Assembly (NCBI GenBank): GCA_037143275.1
Contig: JBAWZB010000004.1
Coordinates: 23,998-87,997, forward strand
From: Chitinophagia bacterium
Lineage (GTDB): Bacteria; Bacteroidota; Bacteroidia; Chitinophagales; Chitinophagaceae
Direction of reading: 5' to 3'
DNA length: 64,000 nt
Positions 49,238-57,835 of this stretch are shown in pieces. How positions within the stretch are numbered: position 1 is the stretch's first letter; each line of letters begins with the position of its first letter. The notes beneath the pieces were generated by a model. It saw only the letters and a list, made by a program, of their open reading frames with translations. It was not told the origin of the DNA and did no database searches. Made by a program: the position numbers and the translations under genes.

Positions 49238-49337
49238 TTTAAATAACCCGTGTATAACCTATGAATAACCCGTGAATAACTGTAATTTTAATGTGTAAAT
49301 CTCCTTAGAACCGGCTGTGAATAAGCCTATTGGATAA
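49238..49337. repeat. tandem 11-bp repeat carrying DnaA-box-like 9-mers, plus two further boxes
   Basis: Units TTAAATAACCC / GTGTATAACCT / ATGAATAACCC / GTGAATAACTG (49239-49282); TGTGAATAA at 49316-49324; ATTGGATAA at 49329-49337. Confidence 0.7.
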
Positions 49338-49397
49338 TTAAATTTCGAGATGCCGAATTTTGAAGGGATTTTCGCAGTAAGAAAAGCAATTATTATT

Positions 49398-50969
49398 ATG
49401 GCCCTACCTAACCTCAATACAAGATCAACTACTAGAAAAAAAACGAGCTCTGTAGATGTGAGCGCCATGATGTATGGAAAAATTCCACCGCAAGCTAGAG
49501 AGCTAGAGGAAGCGATTCTTGGGGGAATTCTTTTAGAGAAAAGTGCATTTGATACGGTGACAGAGATTTTGAAGCCAGAATGTTTTTATGTAGAAGCGCA
49601 TCAAATGATTTTTCAATCGATGCAAAGTTTACAACAAAAAAACATGCCTATTGACATGTTAACAGTGGTGGAAGAATTAAAAATGCGCGAGTATTTGGAT
49701 CAAGTGGGTGGCGCTTATTATATTTCTAAATTAACCAATGTCGTTGTTTCTACTGCCAATATTGATGCGCATTCTAAGATTGTATTGCAGAAATTTATTC
49801 AAAGAGAACTCATTAGAATTAGCGGTGAAATTATTAGTAATTCTTACGAAGACAGTACAGATGTATTTGACTTATTAGATGAGAGTGAAACAAAAATGTT
49901 CAATATCACCAATAACTACTTAAAGAAAAACTTTGTAGACATTGGAAATGCTTTAGCAGAATCTATTACACGTATTGATGAATTAAGAACTAAAAAAGAT
50001 GAAATTTCTGGCGTACCTAGTGGATTTGCTTCACTTGATAGAATTACTTTTGGATGGCAGCCAACCGATTTAATTATTTTAGCAGCTCGTCCTTCTGTGG
50101 GTAAAACTGCATTCGCATTGAACCTTGCCCGTAATGCTGCATTGCATCCTACAAAGCCTCAGGGTGTTGGATTCTTTAGTTTGGAGATGAGCGCTTCTCA
50201 GTTAGTGCAACGTATTTTAAGTGCGGAGAGTGAAATTAAAATGGAGAAAATTTCGAGAGGTAAATTAGAAGATTACGAATACCAACAATTGCATACGAAG
50301 GGTATCAACAGATTAGAATCAGCGCCAATTTATATTGACGATACCGCTGCCTTAAATATTTTTGAGTTCAGGGCAAAAGCAAGAAGATTGGTTAACAAGC
50401 ACAATGTTAAAATGATCATCATTGACTATTTACAATTAATGAGTGGATCGGGCGATCGAAATTCAAATAGAGAGCAAGAGATTAGTAATATCTCACGAAG
50501 TTTAAAGGCCTTAGCGAAGGAACTGAATGTGCCCATCATAGCCTTGTCTCAGTTGAGTCGTGCGGTGGAAACCAGAAAAGAAAGTAAGATGCCTCAGTTG
50601 AGTGATTTACGTGAATCAGGTGCGATTGAACAAGATGCCGATATGGTGATGTTTATTTACCGACCAGAATACTATGAAGTAATGAGCAACGAGATGGGTG
50701 AATCTACCATGGGTGAAACGCATATCAGGATTGCGAAACACAGAAATGGTTCTTTGGATTTAATTAAACTGAGAGCAAGATTGGATGTACAGAAATTTGA
50801 AGAATGGGATGGAGATAGTGGCATCCCTGGACTAAGTAATAATTACAAACCTATCTCTCCAAATTTAGGTGGAGGGGATGCACAAGATGGAGGCAGGTTT
50901 TTTATTCAAGGAAGTAAAATGAATGGTGGAGAATTTGACGATGACTCAAACGATGATCAACCATTCTAA
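49398..50969 (+). CDS. dnaB: replicative DNA helicase
   Basis: AARPSVGKT, IDYLQLM, LSQLSRAVE, DLRESGAIEQDAD and IAKHRNG. Start ATG 49398 (track 49350). Confidence 0.97.
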   Translation: MALPNLNTRSTTRKKTSSVDVSAMMYGKIPPQARELEEAILGGILLEKSAFDTVTEILKPECFYVEAHQMIFQSMQSLQQKNMPIDMLTVVEELKMREYLDQVGGAYYISKLTNVVVSTANIDAHSKIVLQKFIQRELIRISGEIISNSYEDSTDVFDLLDESETKMFNITNNYLKKNFVDIGNALAESITRIDELRTKKDEISGVPSGFASLDRITFGWQPTDLIILAARPSVGKTAFALNLARNAALHPTKPQGVGFFSLEMSASQLVQRILSAESEIKMEKISRGKLEDYEYQQLHTKGINRLESAPIYIDDTAALNIFEFRAKARRLVNKHNVKMIIIDYLQLMSGSGDRNSNREQEISNISRSLKALAKELNVPIIALSQLSRAVETRKESKMPQLSDLRESGAIEQDADMVMFIYRPEYYEVMSNEMGESTMGETHIRIAKHRNGSLDLIKLRARLDVQKFEEWDGDSGIPGLSNNYKPISPNLGGGDAQDGGRFFIQGSKMNGGEFDDDSNDDQPF

Positions 50970-50978
50970 ATTGTAGCT

Positions 50979-51680
50979 ATGTCCGTGCCTTATTTTTACG
51001 AACCATTGATTGCAACAGGGATGACACAGTTTACATTGAGTGAAACCTCTAGTAAACATTGTGTACAAGTGTTAAGAATGGATGTTGGTGAAAATCTGGA
51101 AATCACGAATGGTGCAGGTAGATTATTTCATGCAACCATTCAAGTAGCGCATAAAAAGAATGCGGTTGTATCCATCACCAGCTCGATTCAACATGATCGT
51201 CCCCTACAACAATTACAATTAGGCATCTCCTTGTTAAAAAATGCAGTGCGATTAGAATGGCTTTTTGAAAAAGCAACCGAGATTGGCGTGACAAGTATTA
51301 CCCCATTGGTATGTGAAAGAACGATTCACGAACGTTTCAAAACAGAAAGGATGCAACAAATCATTCAGTCTGCTATGATTCAAAGTCAACAAACTTGGTT
51401 GCCAGTTTTAAATGAGCCTATACAATTTGAACAATGTATCAAGCAAGTCACTGCAACTCAAAAACTCATAGCACACTGCGAGCCTTGGAACAAAACTTCT
51501 ATCAAATCTATTGTGCCAAGTAATGACCTACTGCTTTTAATTGGTCCTGAAGGTGATTTTACGCCAGCAGAAATTGAAGCAGCCATTGCCAAGGATTTCA
51601 CACCAATTGATCTTGGCCCTACCCGACTTAGAACGGAGACTGCTGGTTTTTTTGCGCTGAGTGTCTTAAAAAATTTCTAA
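50979..51680 (+). CDS. rsmE: 16S rRNA m3U1498 methyltransferase
   Basis: HCVQVLRM, EKATEIGV, IGPEGDF and RLRTETA. Confidence 0.93.
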   Translation: MSVPYFYEPLIATGMTQFTLSETSSKHCVQVLRMDVGENLEITNGAGRLFHATIQVAHKKNAVVSITSSIQHDRPLQQLQLGISLLKNAVRLEWLFEKATEIGVTSITPLVCERTIHERFKTERMQQIIQSAMIQSQQTWLPVLNEPIQFEQCIKQVTATQKLIAHCEPWNKTSIKSIVPSNDLLLLIGPEGDFTPAEIEAAIAKDFTPIDLGPTRLRTETAGFFALSVLKNF

Positions 51681-51689
51681 TTTACAGCT

Positions 51690-52883
51690 ATGAAAGTGAT
51701 TGAAGTCAATACGCCCCAATTAGATCGTGCCTTTTTGGAAATCAATGCCCTTGTCAATAAAGACAACCCAAATTATATTCGACCTTTAGACAATGAAGTG
51801 CTTGCCACTTTTGATCCTGCAAAGAATAAATTATTCAAAGAAGGGGCTGCAAAAAGATGGCTTGTTCAAGACGAAACAGGCAAGACCCTAGGCCGTATTG
51901 CTGCATTTCATTATCCTAAATATAAAAATAAAGGCACCGAGTTCCCAACTGGATGTGTCGGCTATTTTGACGCCGTGGAGGATCAAAAAGTAGCTAACTT
52001 ATTATTTGATACTGCAAAATCTTGGTTGATTTCCGAGGGTATGGAAGCCATGGATGGACCAGTGAATTTTGGAGATCGAGATAAATGGTGGGGACTGATG
52101 GTAGAAGGCTATGACAGGGAACCTATGTATGGCATGTCTTTTAACCCTCCTTATTATGCCACTTTATTTGACCATTATGGTTTTCAAAATTTCTACAACC
52201 AATATTATTATCGAAAACCATTGTCTGTTGATTTACCAGAGCGATTCAAAGAGCGCTACGAAAAATTCAATGCAAAGCAAGACTATAGCATCCAACATCT
52301 AGATAAAAAACAGCTAGACAAATTTGCCAATGACTTTGTGCATATTTATAATTCAGCTTGGGCGCAACATGGAGAAGCAAAAGAAATTACGCACAGTCAA
52401 ATTATGAAACTTTTTAAAACGCTTAGTCCAGTGATGGATGAGCGCATGATTCGATTTGCGTACTACAAGGAAGAACCAATTGCCATGTTTATCAATATTC
52501 CAGATGTCAATCAATACTTTAAGCACTTTGATGGACAACTTGGATGGAAACAAAAAATACATTTAATGTGGATGAAGTGGATGAAAACGAATAAAAGATT
52601 AACAGGATTGGCATTTGGTATCGTGCCAAAATTTCAGTCTCTAGGTATAGACAGTTATTTAATCTATTCTACTTCTTTACTGCTGCATCAACTCAACATA
52701 TACAATGAATATGAAATGGGATGGGCTGCAGATTGGAATCCTAAAATGGTCAATATTTATAAAAGTCTTGGCGCCGAACCAAGCAGACATATGGTTACCT
52801 TAAGACATATTTTTGACACCCAAAAACACCCTTTTGAGCGTCATCCTGTAATGGAATATAAGAGCCCAAGTCAAGCTAGCTAA
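51690..52883 (+). CDS. GNAT-like hypothetical protein (YghO-like)
   Basis: GRIAAF, FNPPYY, PDVNQY and GIVPKFQSLG. Confidence 0.6.
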   Translation: MKVIEVNTPQLDRAFLEINALVNKDNPNYIRPLDNEVLATFDPAKNKLFKEGAAKRWLVQDETGKTLGRIAAFHYPKYKNKGTEFPTGCVGYFDAVEDQKVANLLFDTAKSWLISEGMEAMDGPVNFGDRDKWWGLMVEGYDREPMYGMSFNPPYYATLFDHYGFQNFYNQYYYRKPLSVDLPERFKERYEKFNAKQDYSIQHLDKKQLDKFANDFVHIYNSAWAQHGEAKEITHSQIMKLFKTLSPVMDERMIRFAYYKEEPIAMFINIPDVNQYFKHFDGQLGWKQKIHLMWMKWMKTNKRLTGLAFGIVPKFQSLGIDSYLIYSTSLLLHQLNIYNEYEMGWAADWNPKMVNIYKSLGAEPSRHMVTLRHIFDTQKHPFERHPVMEYKSPSQAS

Positions 52884-52961
52884 GGATTATAGAAATAGGG
52901 GATAAGATTTGGACCCTAGCTCAGAAAATTACCTTTTGATGCAGTATATTGCAGTTCAAGT

Positions 52962-54713
52962 ATGGAGAATTTTATCGTATCAGCAAGAAAGTATCGTCCT
53001 CAAAACTTTAATACAGTGGTGGGTCAATCCCATATTACCACTACATTAAAGAATGCGATCTTAAGCCAACATCTTGCACATGCATTTTTGTTTTGTGGAC
53101 CAAGAGGTGTTGGTAAAACAACTTGTGCACGTATCCTTGCTAAAACAATCAATTGTACCAATATCACAAAGGAAGGCGAAGCTTGTAACCAATGTGAAAG
53201 TTGTATGTCTTTTGAAAAAGGTGCAAGTTTAAATATTCACGAATTAGATGCAGCGAGTAATAACTCAGTAGACGATATTAGAACACTTGTTGAACAGGTG
53301 CGTTTTGCACCTCAGGCTGGCAAATACAAAGTGTACATTGTGGATGAGGTCCACATGTTAAGCACGAGTGCCTTTAATGCATTCTTGAAAACATTGGAAG
53401 AGCCACCACCTTATGCTATTTTTATTTTAGCAACAACCGAAAAACATAAAATTCTTCCGACCATTTTAAGTAGGTGTCAAATTTTTGACTTCAAAAGAAT
53501 TGTTCCAGAAGATACGGTAAAACACTTAGAGGAGATCGTAGAAAAAGAGCATATCAAGGCCGAAAGAAACGCGCTACAATTGATTGCACAAAAGAGTGAA
53601 GGTTGTATGAGAGATGCTTTAAGCATTCTTGATAAAATTGTAAGTTTCTCTAATGGTGCATTGACTTACGACAATACTTTAGAGCATTTAAATATTTTAG
53701 ATGAAGGTTATTTCTTTAAAATGTTAACCCATCTTACAGAACAAGACTTAACAAGTGCGATGTTACTGTATGACGAAATCAATCAAAAAGGTTTTGAAGG
53801 GGATACGGTATTGTATGGTATGGCAGCATTTATTAGAAATATCCTTGTATGTAAAGATAAAGCCAGCGCGCATTTGCTTGAATCTATTGAAGGGTGGAGA
53901 GATCAATACTTATCTGCTGCAGAAAAAGTAGGAACGCCTTATTTAGTGAGTGCACTGAATATTTTAAACGAAGCCGAGATTCAATTTAAGATGGCGCGTA
54001 ATAAAAGACTACACGTAGAATTGGCCTTGATTAAACTTAATTTTTTACAACAAGCCATTGAATTAAGTATGGAAGACGGCCAACTAGTAAAAAAAAAACT
54101 AGTTGATAGCCACTACCCTATTCGCACTAAAAAAATCATTCCATTAAGCAATATTGTTGTCAATGCTGAGGCTAAATTAGTGATTGAGACAGCAACACCA
54201 GCAGCGAATCCAACATCGACTCCAATATCTAGTCAATCAGCTACACCTAATGTTGGAAGCAAGAAAAGTTTGTTGGCCGTATTACAACAGAAATATGGCA
54301 ACGAGTACAATATAGAGGAAGTCAAAGAAGCGATTTCTTTGAACATGGAAACATTGCAATTATGTTGGGATGACTACGCTCATAAAATGGAAAAGGACCT
54401 GAAACACTACGTGGCAGGCACTTTTAGAATTGCCACTCTTCAAATAGAAGATCCAACACATTTTACAATCACAGTACCTGCATTGACAGCCCAGAAATTT
54501 GTCGAACAAGAAAGAATGAGTTTAATGGAAACCATTTGGGAGCGTTTTCAAAACAGGGCTATTCAATTTAGCATACTAGTAGATGCGGGAGAAAAAGAGG
54601 ATGTACCATTGCATTTGAAACTTAATAGCAAACAAAAATTTGATCATATTGCAAAGCAATACCCTTTGGTGCAACAGCTTAAAGAACGCTTGAACTTAGA
54701 AGTGAATTTTTAG
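52962..54713 (+). CDS. dnaX: DNA polymerase III subunit gamma/tau
   Basis: ARKYRP, GPRGVGKTT, Zn motif CNQCESC, DEVHML and SRC. Confidence 0.97.
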   Translation: MENFIVSARKYRPQNFNTVVGQSHITTTLKNAILSQHLAHAFLFCGPRGVGKTTCARILAKTINCTNITKEGEACNQCESCMSFEKGASLNIHELDAASNNSVDDIRTLVEQVRFAPQAGKYKVYIVDEVHMLSTSAFNAFLKTLEEPPPYAIFILATTEKHKILPTILSRCQIFDFKRIVPEDTVKHLEEIVEKEHIKAERNALQLIAQKSEGCMRDALSILDKIVSFSNGALTYDNTLEHLNILDEGYFFKMLTHLTEQDLTSAMLLYDEINQKGFEGDTVLYGMAAFIRNILVCKDKASAHLLESIEGWRDQYLSAAEKVGTPYLVSALNILNEAEIQFKMARNKRLHVELALIKLNFLQQAIELSMEDGQLVKKKLVDSHYPIRTKKIIPLSNIVVNAEAKLVIETATPAANPTSTPISSQSATPNVGSKKSLLAVLQQKYGNEYNIEEVKEAISLNMETLQLCWDDYAHKMEKDLKHYVAGTFRIATLQIEDPTHFTITVPALTAQKFVEQERMSLMETIWERFQNRAIQFSILVDAGEKEDVPLHLKLNSKQKFDHIAKQYPLVQQLKERLNLEVNF

Positions 54714-54727
54714 GCCCAATACAGCAT

Positions 54728-54751
54728 TTATAATTTTGCCTTAGCAAAGCC
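54728..54751 (-). repeat. non-coding, synonymously recoded copy of the last 8 codons of yciH
   Basis: GGC TTT GCT AAG GCA AAA TTA TAA versus the gene end GGT TTT GCA AAA GCA AAA TTG TAG; both read GFAKAKL*. Confidence 0.8.
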
Positions 54752-54755
54752 TTAG

Positions 54756-55109
54756 CTACAATTTTGCTTTTGCAAAACCTTTTTGCTTCAGGTATTGAAA
54801 TACTTTTTGACGGTGATCTCCTTGAATGATTATTTCTCCTTCTTTAACTGCTCCACCAGTACCACAAAAATTTTTGAGTGCTTTGCCTAATGCTTCCAAA
54901 TCTGCTTCGGCACCTTCAAATCCATAAACAATAGTGACTGTTTTGCCTGCTCTATGTTTGGTTTCTAGAATCACTCTAAGCAATTGGGCTTCTGGCGCTA
55001 AAGTTATTTTTTCTGCTTCCTCATTTGGCTGAATATAATCCGGGTTGGTGCTATAGACCAATGGCATACTTGAAAAACTATTAAAGGTATTTTTTGGCTT
55101 CTTACTCAT
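54756..55109 (-). CDS. yciH: SUI1/YciH translation-initiation-factor-like protein
   Basis: LVYSTNP, RAGKTVT, CGTGG and IQGDHR. Start ATG 55109 (track TTG 55121). Confidence 0.9.
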   Translation of the reverse strand: MSKKPKNTFNSFSSMPLVYSTNPDYIQPNEEAEKITLAPEAQLLRVILETKHRAGKTVTIVYGFEGAEADLEALGKALKNFCGTGGAVKEGEIIIQGDHRQKVFQYLKQKGFAKAKL

Positions 55110-55149
55110 TGGTTTACTCAATCATCTTTTAACTTATCCTCAATAATAA

Positions 55150-55539
55150 CTAATTTACCCTCATGCTCACAATCACAAATCTTTTATTCGTGGATTGAAG
55201 CAATAAGGTCAAATTATATTTTTGTTGGCTGGATAATAACTTACCAGTAAGGTATAATGTATTGCCTAATTTTCTTTCTGCACTTTTTTCAAAACCAACA
55301 ATATTTTTTTGATTAAAAAAAGCTTGCAAGGTTTCGTTGGCTTGTTGTGCATTTAAAGGCTTAGCAGCCACTTGATCCAAAATACTTGACTCTACTTGGT
55401 TGTCCCAAAAAGTTTGTAACGCACTAAAGTTTCCTGTTTGCAAATGTTGCACCAATAATTCTGTTTCATTTTGCGCATTCGCACCAATGCTGCAGTGCAA
55501 AAGGGCTAATAAGACTAGTATTTTGGATATTAACTTCAT
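55150..55539 (-). CDS. small exported protein (DUF4783-like)
   Basis: Signal peptide followed by an NTF2-like pattern (NAQQANETLQAFF, YLTGKL). Confidence 0.55.
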   Translation of the reverse strand: MKLISKILVLLALLHCSIGANAQNETELLVQHLQTGNFSALQTFWDNQVESSILDQVAAKPLNAQQANETLQAFFNQKNIVGFEKSAERKLGNTLYLTGKLLSSQQKYNLTLLLQSTNKRFVIVSMRVN

Positions 55540-55646
55540 TTTTGTCTATTATAGTAGGATAAAGTTTGTAATGTGCCTAGTATTTTGAAACTTTGCCATA
55601 TAAAATTAAACAAATTATAAGCAGGCGCTATAAAAAGTTAAAGAAT

Positions 55647-57170
55647 ATGTCAAAAAAAGTAATATTAGTGATCATGGATGGCTGGGGATTGGGCCAAATT
55701 GCAAAGGCAGACGCAATTCAACATGCGCATGTGCCATTTGTAACCAGTCTCTACAAACAATATCCTAATTCAACTTTAGTGACTTGTGGAGCGGCAGTTG
55801 GTTTGCCAGATGGACAGATGGGCAATAGTGAAGTTGGTCATTTAAATTTAGGCGCGGGCCGAATTGTCTACCAAGAATTACAAAGAATCAATGTTGCCAT
55901 TCAAACAGGTGAATTTGCAAGCAATGCTTCACTCATACAATCTATTCAATACGCTAAGGAAAATCAAAAGCCCTTGCATTTAATTGGTTTAGTAAGTGAT
56001 GGAGGCGTGCATGCACATACGGCTCATTTAAAAGCATTATGTGATTTATGTAAAGCAGAAGGTTTGACCAATGTATTTATTCATGCCTTCACCGATGGTC
56101 GTGACACAGATCCAAAGAGTGGACAATGCTATATAGAATCATTAGAGACTCATTTAAAAAAATCGGTTGGTAAAATTGCGAGTGTAAGCGGGAGGTATTA
56201 TGCCATGGATAGAGACAAGCGTTGGGAGCGTGTCCAATTGGCCTACAATGCTATGGTGAAAGGGACTGGAAGTACTGCTACCAGTGCACTTGCAGCCATT
56301 CAAGAAAATTATGCAAACAATACGACAGACGAATTTATTTTACCAACTGTGCTCACAGAAAATGGGCAGCCTATTGCAACCATTCAAGATGGAGATGCAG
56401 TGACCTGTTTTAATTTTAGAACAGACCGTTGCAGGGAAATCACAGAAGTTTTGACACAAATGGATTTTCCTGAATTGAATATGCATGCATTAAAATTGCA
56501 TTATACAACCATGACCAAATACGATGAGACATTTAAAAATGTGCACGTGGTCTTTGAAAACGATAACCTTATCAATACATTAGGTGAAGTATTAGCGAAA
56601 AATAATAAAAAACAAATTCGAATTGCAGAAACAGAAAAGTATCCTCATGTGACTTTCTTTTTTAGCGGTGGACGCGAACAACCTTTTGAAGGAGAAACAA
56701 GAATCATGGCGGCATCCCCTAAAGTAGCCACTTATGACTTACAGCCTGAAATGAGTGCAGCAGCATTAACAGAAAAAATTTTACCTGAAATCAATGCCGG
56801 CAACCCTGATTTTATTTGCTTAAATTATGCCAATGCGGATATGGTAGGACATACTGGTATTTTTAGTGCTGTTGTAAAAGCGGTTGAAACCGTGGATGCA
56901 AACGTTCAAAAAGTAGTCACTGCTGGTTTAGAAAATGGGTATACCATATTTTTGACAGCAGATCATGGCAATGCAGATTTTATGATCAACGAAGATGGTA
57001 GTCCTAATACAGCGCATTCATTGAATCTAGTCCCATTTTTTATTATTGATAAAAATTGGAAAGGCCCCATTCATTCAGGTAAATTGGGCGATCTTGCACC
57101 AACTATTTTACAAATGATGGAATTGCCTATCCCTAAAGAGATGACAGGAACTGTTTTAATTGAAGCGTAA
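55647..57170 (+). CDS. gpmI: 2,3-bisphosphoglycerate-independent phosphoglycerate mutase
   Basis: MDGWG, QMGNSEVGH, ETEKYPHVT, NADMVGH and TADHGN. Start ATG 55647 (track 55593). Confidence 0.97.
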   Translation: MSKKVILVIMDGWGLGQIAKADAIQHAHVPFVTSLYKQYPNSTLVTCGAAVGLPDGQMGNSEVGHLNLGAGRIVYQELQRINVAIQTGEFASNASLIQSIQYAKENQKPLHLIGLVSDGGVHAHTAHLKALCDLCKAEGLTNVFIHAFTDGRDTDPKSGQCYIESLETHLKKSVGKIASVSGRYYAMDRDKRWERVQLAYNAMVKGTGSTATSALAAIQENYANNTTDEFILPTVLTENGQPIATIQDGDAVTCFNFRTDRCREITEVLTQMDFPELNMHALKLHYTTMTKYDETFKNVHVVFENDNLINTLGEVLAKNNKKQIRIAETEKYPHVTFFFSGGREQPFEGETRIMAASPKVATYDLQPEMSAAALTEKILPEINAGNPDFICLNYANADMVGHTGIFSAVVKAVETVDANVQKVVTAGLENGYTIFLTADHGNADFMINEDGSPNTAHSLNLVPFFIIDKNWKGPIHSGKLGDLAPTILQMMELPIPKEMTGTVLIEA

Positions 57171-57189
57171 AATGCACCCATAAAAAAAG

Positions 57190-57834
57190 ATGAAAATACA
57201 TAAAGCAACTTACCTTATATCTAGTCCTAATTACGACCAATGTCTTGTGCTAGAAGCACCTGAATACGCCTTTATTGGTAGGAGTAATGTAGGTAAGTCT
57301 TCTATCATCAATGCGATTTGTGGTCAAAAGGGATTGGCTAAAACTTCTTCTGCTCCTGGAAAAACACAGTTGATCAATCATTTTGAAATCATCAGTAACG
57401 AAGTGGTGAAAGGTCGTCCGGAAAAATGGTATATCGTCGATTTACCTGGATATGGCTATGCTAAAGTATCCCAAAGTAGTCGACGTAGATGGGAACAAAT
57501 GATTGAAAATTATTTACGCAAAAGACCTAATTTAAACATGGTCTTTGTGTTGATAGATGCTAGACATAGCCCACAAAAAATTGATATCGAATTTATTGAA
57601 CAATTGTTTCAATGGCAGATTCCATACACCCTTATATTCACAAAATCTGATAAAGAAAAACCAGGCGTTGTAAAACGCAATGTGGAAGCGTTTTTTGAAA
57701 CTTTAAAAACATTACTACCTTATTTACCTGAAGGCTTTGTAACCAGTGCCGAAAAGAAATTAGGCACAGAAGAAGTGCTTGACTGTATTGCACGTTACAA
57801 CCTTTTATACAAAGAAGACAAAGCATCCCAATAA
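57190..57834 (+). CDS. engB: ribosome biogenesis GTPase YsxC/YihA
   Basis: GRSNVGKSS, PGKT, DLPGYG and TKSD. Confidence 0.95.
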   Translation: MKIHKATYLISSPNYDQCLVLEAPEYAFIGRSNVGKSSIINAICGQKGLAKTSSAPGKTQLINHFEIISNEVVKGRPEKWYIVDLPGYGYAKVSQSSRRRWEQMIENYLRKRPNLNMVFVLIDARHSPQKIDIEFIEQLFQWQIPYTLIFTKSDKEKPGVVKRNVEAFFETLKTLLPYLPEGFVTSAEKKLGTEEVLDCIARYNLLYKEDKASQ

Positions 57835-57835
57835 T

